Source of the DNA: the human T2T-CHM13v2.0 reference genome, Homo sapiens
Strand: one strand, 5' to 3'
Assembly (NCBI RefSeq): GCF_009914755.1
Contig: NC_060928.1
Length of the DNA stretch: 64,000 nucleotides
The notes below the pieces were generated by a model that searched no databases, was not told the origin of the DNA, and was given only the letters and a program-made list of their open reading frames with translations. Shown here piece by piece: positions 31,517 to 43,842 of the stretch. Position 1 is the first letter of the stretch; the number at the start of each line of letters is the position of its first letter. A program made the translations under genes and the position numbers.

Positions 31517-33062
31517 GGTATATTTATTTTTAACTACTATGTTTCTTGAACTTTACCTAAACTATCTCACAAAATGGCCATGGTAATTCTGGAACATGGT
31601 TATGTGAATTCCATTTTACACCACAGAACATGGAGACAGCAAGAGCTTCAGGATTCCACCCAAAGTCTCAAAGCCAGCAAGTGGCAGAGATTTGATTCAA
31701 ATCATGTTTGTTTTCTGACTCAAGTTGAGTTTGTGTGTGTGTGCGCATGTGCACGTGTTATGGTAACATTTAACCTAAAATTTCTTGCACAATTATTGCC
31801 TATCCTAAAATGGGAGTCGACGATGCTAAGAATAACTGGGCTCTATCTGGGGGTCCTTTGCTTTGCTCCAGGTTCTCCCACTCTGCTCTGTTTTCTTCCC
31901 TTCTTTAGAAGCAGCTTTCTGTTCCTGCATCTCTCTCCAGTCTCTTTTAAGAAGAGTGGTGTGTTAAATCGTGATTCTGTGCAGCTCCTCTTATTCTTTT
32001 CCTCTCTCTCTTATTTTCTTGCTTGGTATTTCAGTTTCTGTGAGTTGGCGTGAGGTGGGCTGGGGCGATCCCTGGGCGTGAGAGTGCATGTGCACACAGG
32101 CATTGCTTTGGAGAATCTGTTATTACTCAGAGCCCCTGTGGGCTGTTTCCTTGTTTGGCTCTCATCTTCTCATGGACAGTTTGGTTCTGAAAACCGTAGT
32201 CTTTGGTTTGTGAGTCTGTGTTTAGAGCCCTTAAGAAGTTCTGTGAACTTGCCCTTGCAAAGGAGAATGATGTGGACCAGAGCCCTGCCTGGGAAGGGCA
32301 CTCAGGGTCATGGTGGCCCATGGAAGAAGGAGTAACTTACACCACTCGAGAAGGGCTGCTGCATTCCAGAGAGCCTTGTTTAGATACTGGGCAGGTGGGA
32401 GTCTATGTTTCTCACCAAGGGCATCCATTGAGAGACTGCAGTTTCTCTCTTGGCAAAAGGGGAATGTATCCCTCTCTGTGCTCCTCCTGTGCAACAGCTA
32501 TTTCACTCTGTCACCTGGCTGTTTGTTGTGGTCCTGTGACCCTCAAGGTCCAGAGAAGGCTGGCTGGATTTGGAAGCCTTCCCCAGGGATTCTGCAAATT
32601 CCCAGGAGTCTTGGGTCTCAAGGACACTTCTGGCTGCAAAATGCTGCATCTCCCTGGGCAATCTGTGCTGTTTCCTTCTGTTGATTTCAAATGTGAATCT
32701 CAATCCTTTCCTCAAATTGAACCCTGGATCCTTCCCATCAACCTGATGAAGATGAGTCCACCAATAGCGAATGCTCAGGCCGGCTCCTTCCCGTCCTTTG
32801 GCTGCATCTTCTATTGTCTGTGTGCCTCTGGTCCCTCACTCGGAGCTTATCTCATTGTGGAAGCTTGAAACATCTTTGTGTGATAAAAGGACCTCCACAT
32901 TTTCACCATGTATATTTGGAGCCTGAATGCTAAAACAGTCGTTATTATTGTTCTCATATATGAACACCCACATGTCATGGCCCATGCAGTCAATGATTTT
33001 GTTTCATTTATTCTCATAACAAATACCCGGATGCAGGCTAGAGATAATGACTGGAGCTCTCT

Positions 33063-33435
33063 TGTAAGTATAACTATATTCCCCAAAAGGATTTGTTTAG
33101 GTCCTGGCCCCTGGTACCTGTGAATGTGAGCTTATCTGAAAATAGGGCCTTTTCAGTTGCAGTCAGGTGAGCCTCAAACTAATGACTGGTGTCCTTATAA
33201 GAAGAGGAGAAGACACACAGAGACACACAAGGGGAGCGCCAAGGACTGCTGGCAACCACCAGAAGCCAGGCGAATACCTTGGATCAGATTCTCAGAGCCT
33301 CCAAAAGGAGCCAGTCCCTCTGACACCTCAATATCTGGCTTCTGGCCTCCTAAACGGTGAGAGAATAAATGTCTGTTTTTCCAAGCCACTCAGATTTTGT
33401 TACTTACATTAATATAGCCCCAGGAATCAGAAACA
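33063..33435 (+). mobile_element. MLT1C-like LTR, internally deleted
   Basis: gtacctgtgaatgtgagcttat...taatgactggtgtccttataagaagagg...ctggcttctggcctcc. Confidence 0.8.
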
Positions 33436-34430
33436 AGCTCTGAGGGGTTAAAGAATTTTTATGTGGTCACAGTGAAGTCAGGGGCCTGGTCGGGATTTGG
33501 CCATCGATTAAGTCCAATTTCAGTTTTAAATGCATGAGCCCTTGCTCCTGGTCTAGCCTCTTTCCATTGGCTCAGGGTCCCCTTTTATAAATGTTCCCTG
33601 AGTGGTTGAGCTGCACTCAGCCTTAGAGCATTTCAGCTTGGTTTCCTGGAAATGACTGTGCTGCTCTTACTCATGGGAAAGTCATTTATTTACAGGAGCT
33701 AACTGTTCAAGGCCAACCTTTTCTTAATAAAGTTTGAAGATCTGGGAGACATTGCATGTATAGGCTGAAGACGAGTTGAAATGCAAAAGATGGATGTTTC
33801 CATGGGAGTGGGAGTGTTTGTTTGGAAGTATATGGGTTCTTTTGTTTTTCTTCTTTGTTTAGAAGCAAAGCTTATTTGTTACAGAGAATTGGGAATATGC
33901 AGAAAAGCAACTGAAACTGGAGGTGGATAAATATCTCTGCAGTTAACACCCTCGTTTAGGCTCCCAGGCCTGTTCCTGTCAGTTGTGCCTATATTTGAAA
34001 AGAAAAAAAAATCCAGTCTGTTTAAATGTTACATTTTTCCTGGATACAGAGAAGAACAGTGCAGTCCATGACAGAGAAGACAGGATGATCTCCTCAGAAG
34101 CAGGCAGGCACAGTGATTTTAAGAGAAATCAAGCAAAAAATCTAATCCACTGCTCATGGAGAGACAAAAGAGATTTTGCAAGACTTCCATTTAGGAGAGA
34201 TGCTGGCATTCTTCGTAAATGTAACCTATGAACAAGCAAGGACACATTTTGGTGTCTCTCTGTGTGTATTTGGGTCTCCGCTCACCACTTTGGGCTCTCA
34301 GACTCTCTGTTTATTTTACAGATGAGGAAACCGAAGCTCTAAAAGGGGAGTAGAATGCACGTAGCCACATTGCCAGTTAGTAGCAGAGACTGTATGGGAC
34401 TCACTTTCTTCCCTCTGAGCTGTGCGTGCC

Positions 34431-34720
34431 TTTTAGATTTTAGAAAAATCTTGCTCAGCCACCCAAACTGGAGTGCAATGGCATGATCGTGGCTCACTGC
34501 AACCACCGTCTCCCGGGTTCAAGCGATTTCCTATCTCAGCCTCCCGAGTAGCTGGGATTACAGGCACCTGCCACCACGCCCGGCTAATTTTTGTATTATA
34601 GTAGAGATGAGGTTTCACCATGTTGGCCAGGCTGGTCTTGAACTCCTAACCTCAGGTGATCCTCCCACCTCGGCCTCCCAAGGTGCTAGGATTACAGGCA
34701 TGAGACACCGTGCCCTGCTG
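34431..34720 (-). mobile_element. AluSx-like element with eroded tail
   Basis: Full two-arm Alu sequence. Confidence 0.92.
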
Positions 34721-34929
34721 AAAAGTCTTTTTTTTTTTTTTAATTACAAATGTTGTACATGCTCTTTGAAGACAAATCCAACCATGGGAGCACAGTGTGG
34801 GAAAAGCCCCTATCCCTCGCCTGACTTTTCTGTTTGCCTATGTTTGCTGTTATTGCCGTGTTTAAGTCCTATTATTCACAGCTCATGAACATCTTTCCAG
34901 ATCCAGTTCACCGCACAGGTACATTCACC

Positions 34930-35602
<673 letters not shown>

Positions 35603-35770
35603 TATGTTCATTACCAGGCTTTATAAAATAGAAATATAGAAGCTTGATTGTTAAAAACTGAATATATAATAAATATGTTTCCATATCAGTACATATATTT
35701 GTGCTTACCTTAAAACAAAACAAAACAAAATATATGAACAGTATTCCATAATAAAGATAAATATAATTTA

Positions 35771-35824
35771 TTAGGTTGGTACAAAAGTAACTGTGTTTTT
35801 TTTTTGCTATTAAAAGTAATAGCA
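35771..35824. mobile_element. MADE1 (Hsmar1 MITE) half element
   Basis: ttaggttggtacaaaagtaactgtgtttt...gctattaaaagtaat matches one MADE1 arm and its spacer. Confidence 0.7.
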
Positions 35825-36304
35825 TTTATATGCTGACTAATGGGCATTTTAAAAGTTTCCAGGTTTTAAGGTATTGCCAGTGAGGCTTTATGACACCCCA
35901 AAACCTGCTTGGTGCACAAGATGAAACGCCTCTGTAAGACACCTCCTGAAAGAGCAATCATTGGATCAAAGGGTTGGAGGATATAAAAATTTCAGTCAAA
36001 AATTCCAAGTTGTGTTTTATAATTATGTTCGATAACTGTTTCGGTTTATATTGCTGAATCGTAATCTTCAACCATTCTATGAATTTTTTAAGTTGGCAAT
36101 GATAATTTTAATCTCCAAGAATTAATCTTCTTAGCTGATTCTTTCTCTGTCTCTCTTTCTGCTTTTTGTGGCAGCCTGCCCTTCTGGGGATGCAATAGCT
36201 TAATAAATCTTTTGCTGGTATCATTTGGAAGGAGAATAGGAAAATGAAACAAAGTGTGGCCCTATTTTCTAATCTATCTTTTTTTCCTCATGTTCTGAAT
36301 CCCT

Positions 36305-36500
36305 GTAATGATGTGGCTTAAGTTTGGATCCTGGCTCTGGCTCTCACTACCTGTGGGACTTTGACATGTTACTTAACCTCTCTGTGTTTCTCTTTCCTTA
36401 TCTATAAAATGAGGTAGACATTGTACTTTCCTCATAGAGTTTTGTGAGGGTTAAAGGGTTAAATAAGGTGGTAGGTATAATGAGCTTAGATGTTGTCATG
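36305..36500 (+). mobile_element. MIR SINE
   Basis: ggctctcactacctgtgggactttgacatgttacttaacctctctgtg...tctataaaatgag. Confidence 0.75.
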
Positions 36501-36660
36501 CTTATGGTAAGAGCTCAAAGTGAATTCTGATTGTTATTTGATGCCGTCTGTTGATTTTACTCAAACGTCTAGAGATCCCTGGACCTAGACTGCTATTGAT
36601 GAGGAAATAACTAGAGGAATTATGGTAGATGGGTGCTGTGGGTTTCCTCAGCACTTGTTT

Positions 36661-37162
36661 TTTTTTTTTTTTTTTTTGCTTTGTTCTGTTTTTTTTTTTC
36701 TTTTTTTTATTATTATAGATTAAGTTCTGGGATACATGTGCAGAATGTGCAGGTTTGTTACATAGGTATACACATGCCATGGTGGTTTGCTGTACCCACC
36801 AACCCCTCATCTACATTAGGTATTTCTCCTAATGCTATCCCTTCCCTAGCCCCTGACCACCTGACAGGCCCCGGTGTGTGATGTTCCCCTCCCTGTGTCC
36901 ATGTGTTCTCATTGTTCGACTCCCACTTATAAGTGAGAACATGCAGTGTTTGGCTTTCTGTTCCTGTGTTAGTTTGCTGAAAATGATGGTTTCCAGCTTC
37001 ATGCATGTCCCTGCAAATGACATGAATTCATCCTTTTTTATGGCTGCATGGTATTCTATAGTGTGTATGTGGCACATTTCCTTTACCCAGTCTTTCATTG
37101 ATGGGCATTTGGGTTGGTTCCAAGTCTTTGCTATTGTGAACAGTGCTGCAATAAACATACGT
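36661..37162 (-). mobile_element. 5'-truncated L1PA (L1PA7-like) 3' end
   Basis: ORF2 C-terminus [20 protein letters not shown] plus 3'UTR and poly-T; TSD agcacttgttt at 36650-36660 and 37163-37173. Confidence 0.92.
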
Positions 37163-37382
37163 AGCACTTGTTTCTTTTATCTGTATAGGAGTCTCCTCTA
37201 TAAGGAGACTTTGGGCCATGTGGGTTGATGAGAGGAAAATGAAGACAGGCAGCTTCAGGGAGAGCCTTGGCAGGAAAGCCAAGGGCACCTCTGTAATTGA
37301 CAAGGCAGGATTTGTAATTGACAACGTATGATAGCGCTACATTGTCAGCCAAGTCCTGTCATTACTTCTAGAGCACAGATGC

Positions 37383-37431
37383 TTTGCTTTCTTTCTGTTT
37401 TCTTTCTTTCTTTTCTTTCTTTCTTTCTTTC

Positions 37432-37476
<45 letters not shown>

Positions 37477-37730
37477 TTTCTTTCCTTCTTTCTTTTTCTT
37501 TTTTCTCTCTTTTTCTTTCTTTCTCTTTCTTTCTCTTTTTTCTTTTTCCCATTCTCTTTCTTTCTGTTTTTCTTTCTTTCTTTTTCTCTCTTTTTTCTTT
37601 CTTTCTCTTTCTCTCTTTTTTCCTTTCCTTTCTTTTCCTTTCCTTTCCTTTCCTTTCCTTTCCTTTCCTTTCCTTTCCTTTCCTTTCCTTTCCTTTTTCT
37701 CTTCTTTCCTTTCCTTTCTTTCTTTTCTCC
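37383..37730. repeat. Compound polypyrimidine microsatellite (TTTC)n / (TTTCC)n
   Basis: About 350 bp almost entirely C/T. Confidence 0.95.
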
Positions 37731-37939
37731 ATTCCATCCCCCTCAATACCTTGGTTTTCTGTGGAAGTTAAGACTTCCAAGGTCCTGCTCTACTCATCTC
37801 TCTAAAGGAAAGGGCTCTCAGGACATTCATTTATTCATGAAATACTTATGGGAAACACTTGCTGGTCCCTATTCCAGGCATAGATGATGCTATAATAAAC
37901 AAATTGGCCCTACCCTCATGAAGCTTAAGTCTAGTGTTG

Positions 37940-38100
37940 GGCTGGGCATGGTGGCTCACGCCTGTAATGCCAGCTTTTAGGGAGGCAGAGGTAGGGGATA
38001 GCTTGAGCCCAGGAGTTTGAGACTTGCCTGGGCAATATAGTGAGACCCCATTCTCCACAAAAAGGAAAAAAAGAGACACACACAGAAAACATAAGTGTAA
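37940..38100 (+). pseudogene. BCYRN1: Retrocopy (processed pseudogene) of BC200 RNA
   Basis: Monomeric Alu domain with BC200 diagnostics (ccagcttttagggaggc, ggatagcttgagccc, gagacttgcctgggcaatatag, ccccattctccacaaaaaggaaaaaaa, ataagtgtaa); TSD aagtct(a/t)gtgttg at 37927-37939 and 38099-38111. Confidence 0.85.
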
Positions 38101-38984
38101 GTCTTGTGTTGGGGCAGTGGGTGGGGGGGTGAGGCTCAGGCAGACAGTAAACAAATAAAAATGTGGGTGAGAATGCACTGAATGATGCTTTGGTCTGATG
38201 TTTTATTCCCAATCGTGGAATAAATTAAGTGACTAGAGACAGGTGTGTTTTGCTGTGAGACTCAGATGAGCAGAACTGAGGAACGTCAGGATGGTTCCTG
38301 CCCAGGGCAGAATATAAGGGTTTCTAAGCCTCACTTCTAATAAGGACACCTCCTGGGTTTCTTAAAAAGCTGGAGGTGGCCAAGTGGTCTTTGTGGGCAG
38401 AAGTGACAAGGCTGAAGGCAGGAGGGCAGTTTCCTCAAATCCTTTATGGGCAACAGTGATTTCTCATCAGGCTTTGTTTGGGGCATTGCTGGAAATCTAC
38501 ACATGAGTTTAATTTCCAGCCTTCCTCCAAACTAACTGAGCTGCCAATATCCTTTTTAAACACCTTTTCTCTGTTTAAGCATACAGAGTCATCTTTCATT
38601 GCTTGCAACCAAGACCTCCAGTTAAGGAGCACACAGTTGAGGAGCACACTGTGTCAATCAAATATTGTTTCATTGCATTAAATTGCACTAAACCCTTCCA
38701 ACTGGTGTGTGATAGAGGCTTATCATCATCATTGTAGATGCAAGAACACTAAGATTGAAAATCACAGTGAAGGGCTCAGTGTTTCCCGGCAAGACCAAGC
38801 CAGAATGCAAATGTAAGTCCACTTGTCTCTCAATCTATGTTTTTTCAAATATGCCTTCCTGGTTACATGTTTTCTGCTTTAAGTCAAGACTGATTTTTGG
38901 TGCAGAACAAAAAGACTACAATGGAAAAATGAAAAGACTAGCTCTGGAAGGATGAGATAGAGAGGATATAAGAAACTTGGGCTT

Positions 38985-39338
<354 letters not shown>

Positions 39339-40812
39339 TTACACATGAAGGGCACCCAAAACAGTGTTCATATTGCTTCCAAACAAGTAGAAGGAATCAG
39401 TCAACATTGGACTTTCCTTTCCACTTGCCTTTCCCCAGAAGGATGTGCTATTTTCTTCATATCCATGCTGATGTAAACTAACACATGAATGTCAAACTTA
39501 TTCTCAAATTTTAATTTTACAGCATTTTTCTCCATCCTGTGAAAAATTTCTCTTAGAATGTTATAATCTATTTGGCTCAGGTACATTCATACTGATTATT
39601 TAACCTTGGCTAATTTTTGAATACTTCTCTCCAAAGCTCCAGCACACATTCTGCAATAACACAGCATTTCAAGTGGAGTAATCAAGATTTCTTGTGATAT
39701 GACATCTCTTTTCATTTGTTCCACTTCTCTTCATTATTTTCCCTCTTTTTCTTTTAGTAGGTGGGAGCAGAGGATTTAAACTAACATCAGCAAAGAAGAA
39801 AAGCTTAAATTCAGACTGGGAACAAATGTGCATTTGCCTGAGTGTGCCATAATCCTGGGAGAACAATAGGAAATATCTTGAATTAAAAAAAAAAAACAAC
39901 TATGAACTGTGATCAAGAGGGAGAAAAATACAGGACTTAGTTGAAAAATCTCAGTTTTTAAACTTTCTTACTTTTTAACCTTGAGAAAGTTATTTAAGTG
40001 TTCTTAAACTAAATTTTTCTAATTTTTCACATGATCTCTAATAGTCTATTTAAAAGGTGAATAGTGTATACTTTCTTATTTACAGGATTAAAGAAGTACA
40101 AGTAACTCAGACAAAACCATGTGGTGCGTATTGAGAAATCTGGGCTTTGGACCCATATATATCCATTGTCAATTATGCTAATCCACAAAAACCACAGTTA
40201 GGAAGATTATTAGAAAGTAGAGGGCATCAAAGTTAAGATGGCCAATGGATCTGAAGCCAGGCAAGAGGACAGAAGTTGTGCTAGACACTAACTGGGAGAA
40301 GGGAGTTGTGAGGACCATTTCTGACAGTAGGTCTCATGTGGAAAGGGCCTAGACCTGGCCTTTCAAATCCTCAATTGCACTATGCTTCCTACTGTGTAGC
40401 TGTAAGACCAAGACTTAGCAGGAGAGTGGTAGGAAACCAGATGGGGGCAGGTGGGCATGGCCTGGCCATACAGACCGTGAGAAGGTTTTTGTATTTATCT
40501 TAAAAACACGGGAAAGCCTGGGAAGGGCTTGATGGAGGGTGAATTAATAATCACATTTAGATTTTGAAACAGTTATCTAGATTTTAAAGAGACTGATAGA
40601 AGAAGAGAAGTCATGGGGACACCAGTTGGTGAGCCATGGTATAGGCACTGCCATTGTGCCCATGGTCATGCCATTAATAAATAACACCCAGGGACTAAAA
40701 TCTAAGGCTTACAGGAGGAATCAGCCTCTAACAATAGGAAATGTGATGGGAAGGATGGTGGGGAAAGAGAGGAGACAAGCCCTAACTGTGCACCAGCCAT
40801 GCTAATGCTTTC

Positions 40813-41266
40813 CTACTCTAGTTTCCTGGGGCACAATGTGGGCACAAAGTTCCACAATGTGGGGCTTTAAATACAGAAATTTATTTTCTCACTGTTCTGG
40901 AGAACAGAAGTCTGAAATCAAGGTCTTGGCAGGGCTGTGCTCCCTCTCCCTGAAGGCTTTAGCAGAGATTCTGTTCCATGCCTTTCTTTTAGCTTCTGGT
41001 GCTGCCAGCAAACCTTGGCATCTCTTGGCTTATAGACATCACTCCAATTTCTGCTTGCATCTTCACATGTGTTTTCCCTGTATGTCTGTGTCTTTATAGC
41101 TGTTTCTTATAAGGACACCAGTCATACTGGATCAAGTCCCGCCCTAATGACCTCATTGCCACTTCATTACATCTGCAAAGATCCCGTTTCCAAACAAAGG
41201 ATTCACTGGATCCTGGGGATTAAGATTTCAACATATCTTTTTGGGAATACAATTTAACCCAGAACA
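40813..41266 (-). mobile_element. MLT1C-like solo LTR
   Basis: cagaaatttattttctcactgttctggag...ttcttataaggacaccagtcat...tacaatttaacccagaaca. Confidence 0.85.
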
Positions 41267-43253
41267 AGAACATTCTTATTCTTAGTCCTCATGATGATGT
41301 CCACATGACAAACACCTCCTCTTTGCCTGTGCTTTCTCCCAACTCCACCATCTGTTGGCATGCACTGAGTGTCCTTTTTGTGCTAGGAGTGCTTTATGAC
41401 CAATGACCAATGCACCCAACAATCCTCTGGGGAAGGTAAATGGGGGAATGAAAATTTGATGAGGTTAAGTGAGTCTCCTATTTGCACAGCTGAGAAGTTG
41501 TAGGTTGGTATTTACACGGGAATTTAGTTTTGTTTTATTTTGCTCCAATCCCTAGCTCTTTCTTTTTTACCTCTCTGCATTCTGAGGGGGTGAACTCCTA
41601 CCTTATGCCACCTCCTGCAAAGAGGATCTCAGGCAATCATTGATCCATCTAGAGGGGCCTCGGACTAGGGTCTTCAGGGGAACAGGTCAATGATCAGGCA
41701 TTTTTTATCCCCTCTGGCTTTTCAACTAGCATAGTTTGTAATTAGTTTCTGAATAATACTCTGCCACATTGTAAGTGTTAATAATTACACAATCAAAATC
41801 TCCATTAAAATAAGTGTGCATCATTATTGGTGTAATTAGGTTTAAAAGACAAAGTTTTAGGAAAATGGGGTCTGTTATTTTCTTCTATCATTTTCTTCTT
41901 TTTTTCTCTCTCTTTTCCTTCCTCTCTCCCCCTCTCATCACCTCTTCCTATCTCTTGTATATCAGTGGTGCATGTGTGTGTGTTTGAGCAATGAAGAGAA
42001 ATGCAAATAGGCATTCAGCCTTCTCATCACAAGTCTAATTTTTGATCAAGTGATTATACAAAGCTTTTTTCTTTGGGGAACTTATACATCAGAAATGAAG
42101 ACTCCCCATTGTCCTTAAAACAATCACATGAAATTGTGGAAGAAAAACACATTGGGCTTGACTTTACATTGTCTAGCTCAGCTATATGCATATGTTACTT
42201 CATTTTTGCCTTTACTCTTTTCTTATGTCACCATTTTGCCTTTTATAAGGCAGTCGGATATGATAGAGAGAGCAAAGACTTTGAACTGAGAGACCCTGGT
42301 TCAAATCATGATTCAGGAACCTCTTAGTGGTCTCATTTTATGTTTATGTTTCTCTGGTCCTTAAAGTCATTCATTTATTTGAACCTTTCCTAAAACTTAA
42401 ATGAACATCTTCTTAGGATGTGTTGAGCACTGTTCCAGGTAATGAGGATCCAACCATGAATGGAAAATATTTCTGATCTCAAGCAGCTTCCATTTTGGTG
42501 TTTTAGTTATTCTTCGAGATTTCTGTGACATCTTTTAACTTAAGTATACAGCGTGTATCATGTCATCCAAATTCATAGCTATCACATATAGATGAGTTTT
42601 TATTTGGTAGCCATGATCTTTGTTCTAAACCCATGTAAATTCAATGTCTCTTGGTTCTTTCCCTTTGGCTGTCCTCCAAAGCACATTAAACTCAATATTG
42701 AGCTTAATCTATCTCCACCAATGAATTTCTTCCATGCAGTTGCCTCCACTACATAGCCTAACAAACATGTAAATACATTTAAAGACTTTGAGGGCAATGA
42801 TTTACACTTTTCTGTCTTGATCATGCTTTACCATCAATAGGAAATCTGTAAATATATTAAGTAAATGATGGAATGAACGAATAATAAGCATACAGTCTAA
42901 GAGGGAAGACAGATTTTGAAAGAAATATATACAGTTCTTCTAGTACATCAGGAGACAGAAAATCCAATCTGTCTTGATTTAAAACATCAAGTCCTAAAAT
43001 GGAAAGTTGAGCAAAGTGCTCTTTGACTGCCCAAATCAGGAAATTATTCACTGAGGAGGCAACATGTTAATTGGGTCTTTAAGGAATAATAGGGATGTTT
43101 TACATAGAGAAAACTTGCAGGATAAAAGAAATACAGAATTAGTAGAGGGGAAGAGCAGGAACTGATTTGTTGAGTGAGCTTCACTCATAGTGCGTAGCCT
43201 AAAAACTATTTGAAAATATTTGTTTATCCACTATCAAGCCTATTTTGTCATCT

Positions 43254-43776
43254 TGTTACAGTAGGTAGCTAGTCAGACATGAGCAGGGCAGGAGAGCCGT
43301 TTCCCGCAGGGCCACCTACCCGATGTCAGGGGATCATCAGGTGATGGTCAGGTGGTTGTTACACTGTTTCTCTAAAGTAATAATTGGTAGCAGCCAGAGC
43401 CAGGGACAGGCAGTCCCCCATAGACAGAAGCATCTAAAACTGGTGATCAGCAGCTTTCTGATAAGATCTCAGGAGTTGGGAGAGTAGGCTCACACATGTG
43501 CCCTAAGAGGCAAAATGGTGGAGTTTAACTCCTATATGACCTTCCAGGAACATGCAAACTGGAGAGGGAAGAAGGCCTCAAGTGAGCCTGCATACAATTC
43601 CAGTAAACACACTGAACGTGCGTCCCCTCCCAAGTGCTGGCAGGCCGGTGAGCATGCGGAGAGCCCAGGCCAAGAGAATCGGGGGAGAAGGGATGCAGCC
43701 TCTCAGAAGCACACCAATGTATAAAACCCAAAGGCAAAGGCCAAGCCAAGTACTTGATCTCTCAAGTCACCCACTT
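43254..43776 (+). mobile_element. MER50 (ERV1) LTR, 3'-truncated
   Basis: Starts tgttacagtaggtagctagtcagacatgagcagggcagg; ends abruptly at tctctcaagtcacccactt. Confidence 0.85.
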
Positions 43777-43819
43777 ACCACTGGGGAACATATTCCAGGG
43801 TCTTCCCATTGGGAAACAT

Positions 43820-43837
43820 GTCTGAGACACAGCACCA
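43820..43837 (-). other. Degenerate tRNA-His primer-binding site at the start of the MER50 internal region
   Basis: Reverse strand TGGTGCTGTGTCTCAGAC versus His PBS TGGTGCCGTGACTCGGAT (14/18; two mismatches are CpG decay), 5 nt after the LTR end. Confidence 0.7.
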
Positions 43838-43842
43838 AAGTA

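Noticed and set aside
32203-32868. 221-aa ORF, with overlapping ORFs from 31574, just downstream of the L1 antisense promoter
   Set aside because: Non-ATG start, no recognisable domain and composition like random sequence; it could only matter as part of an unproven chimeric transcript
37328-37887. Lys/Glu/Arg-rich and Phe/Ser/Leu-rich ORFs
   Set aside because: Translations of the TTTC/TTTCC microsatellite
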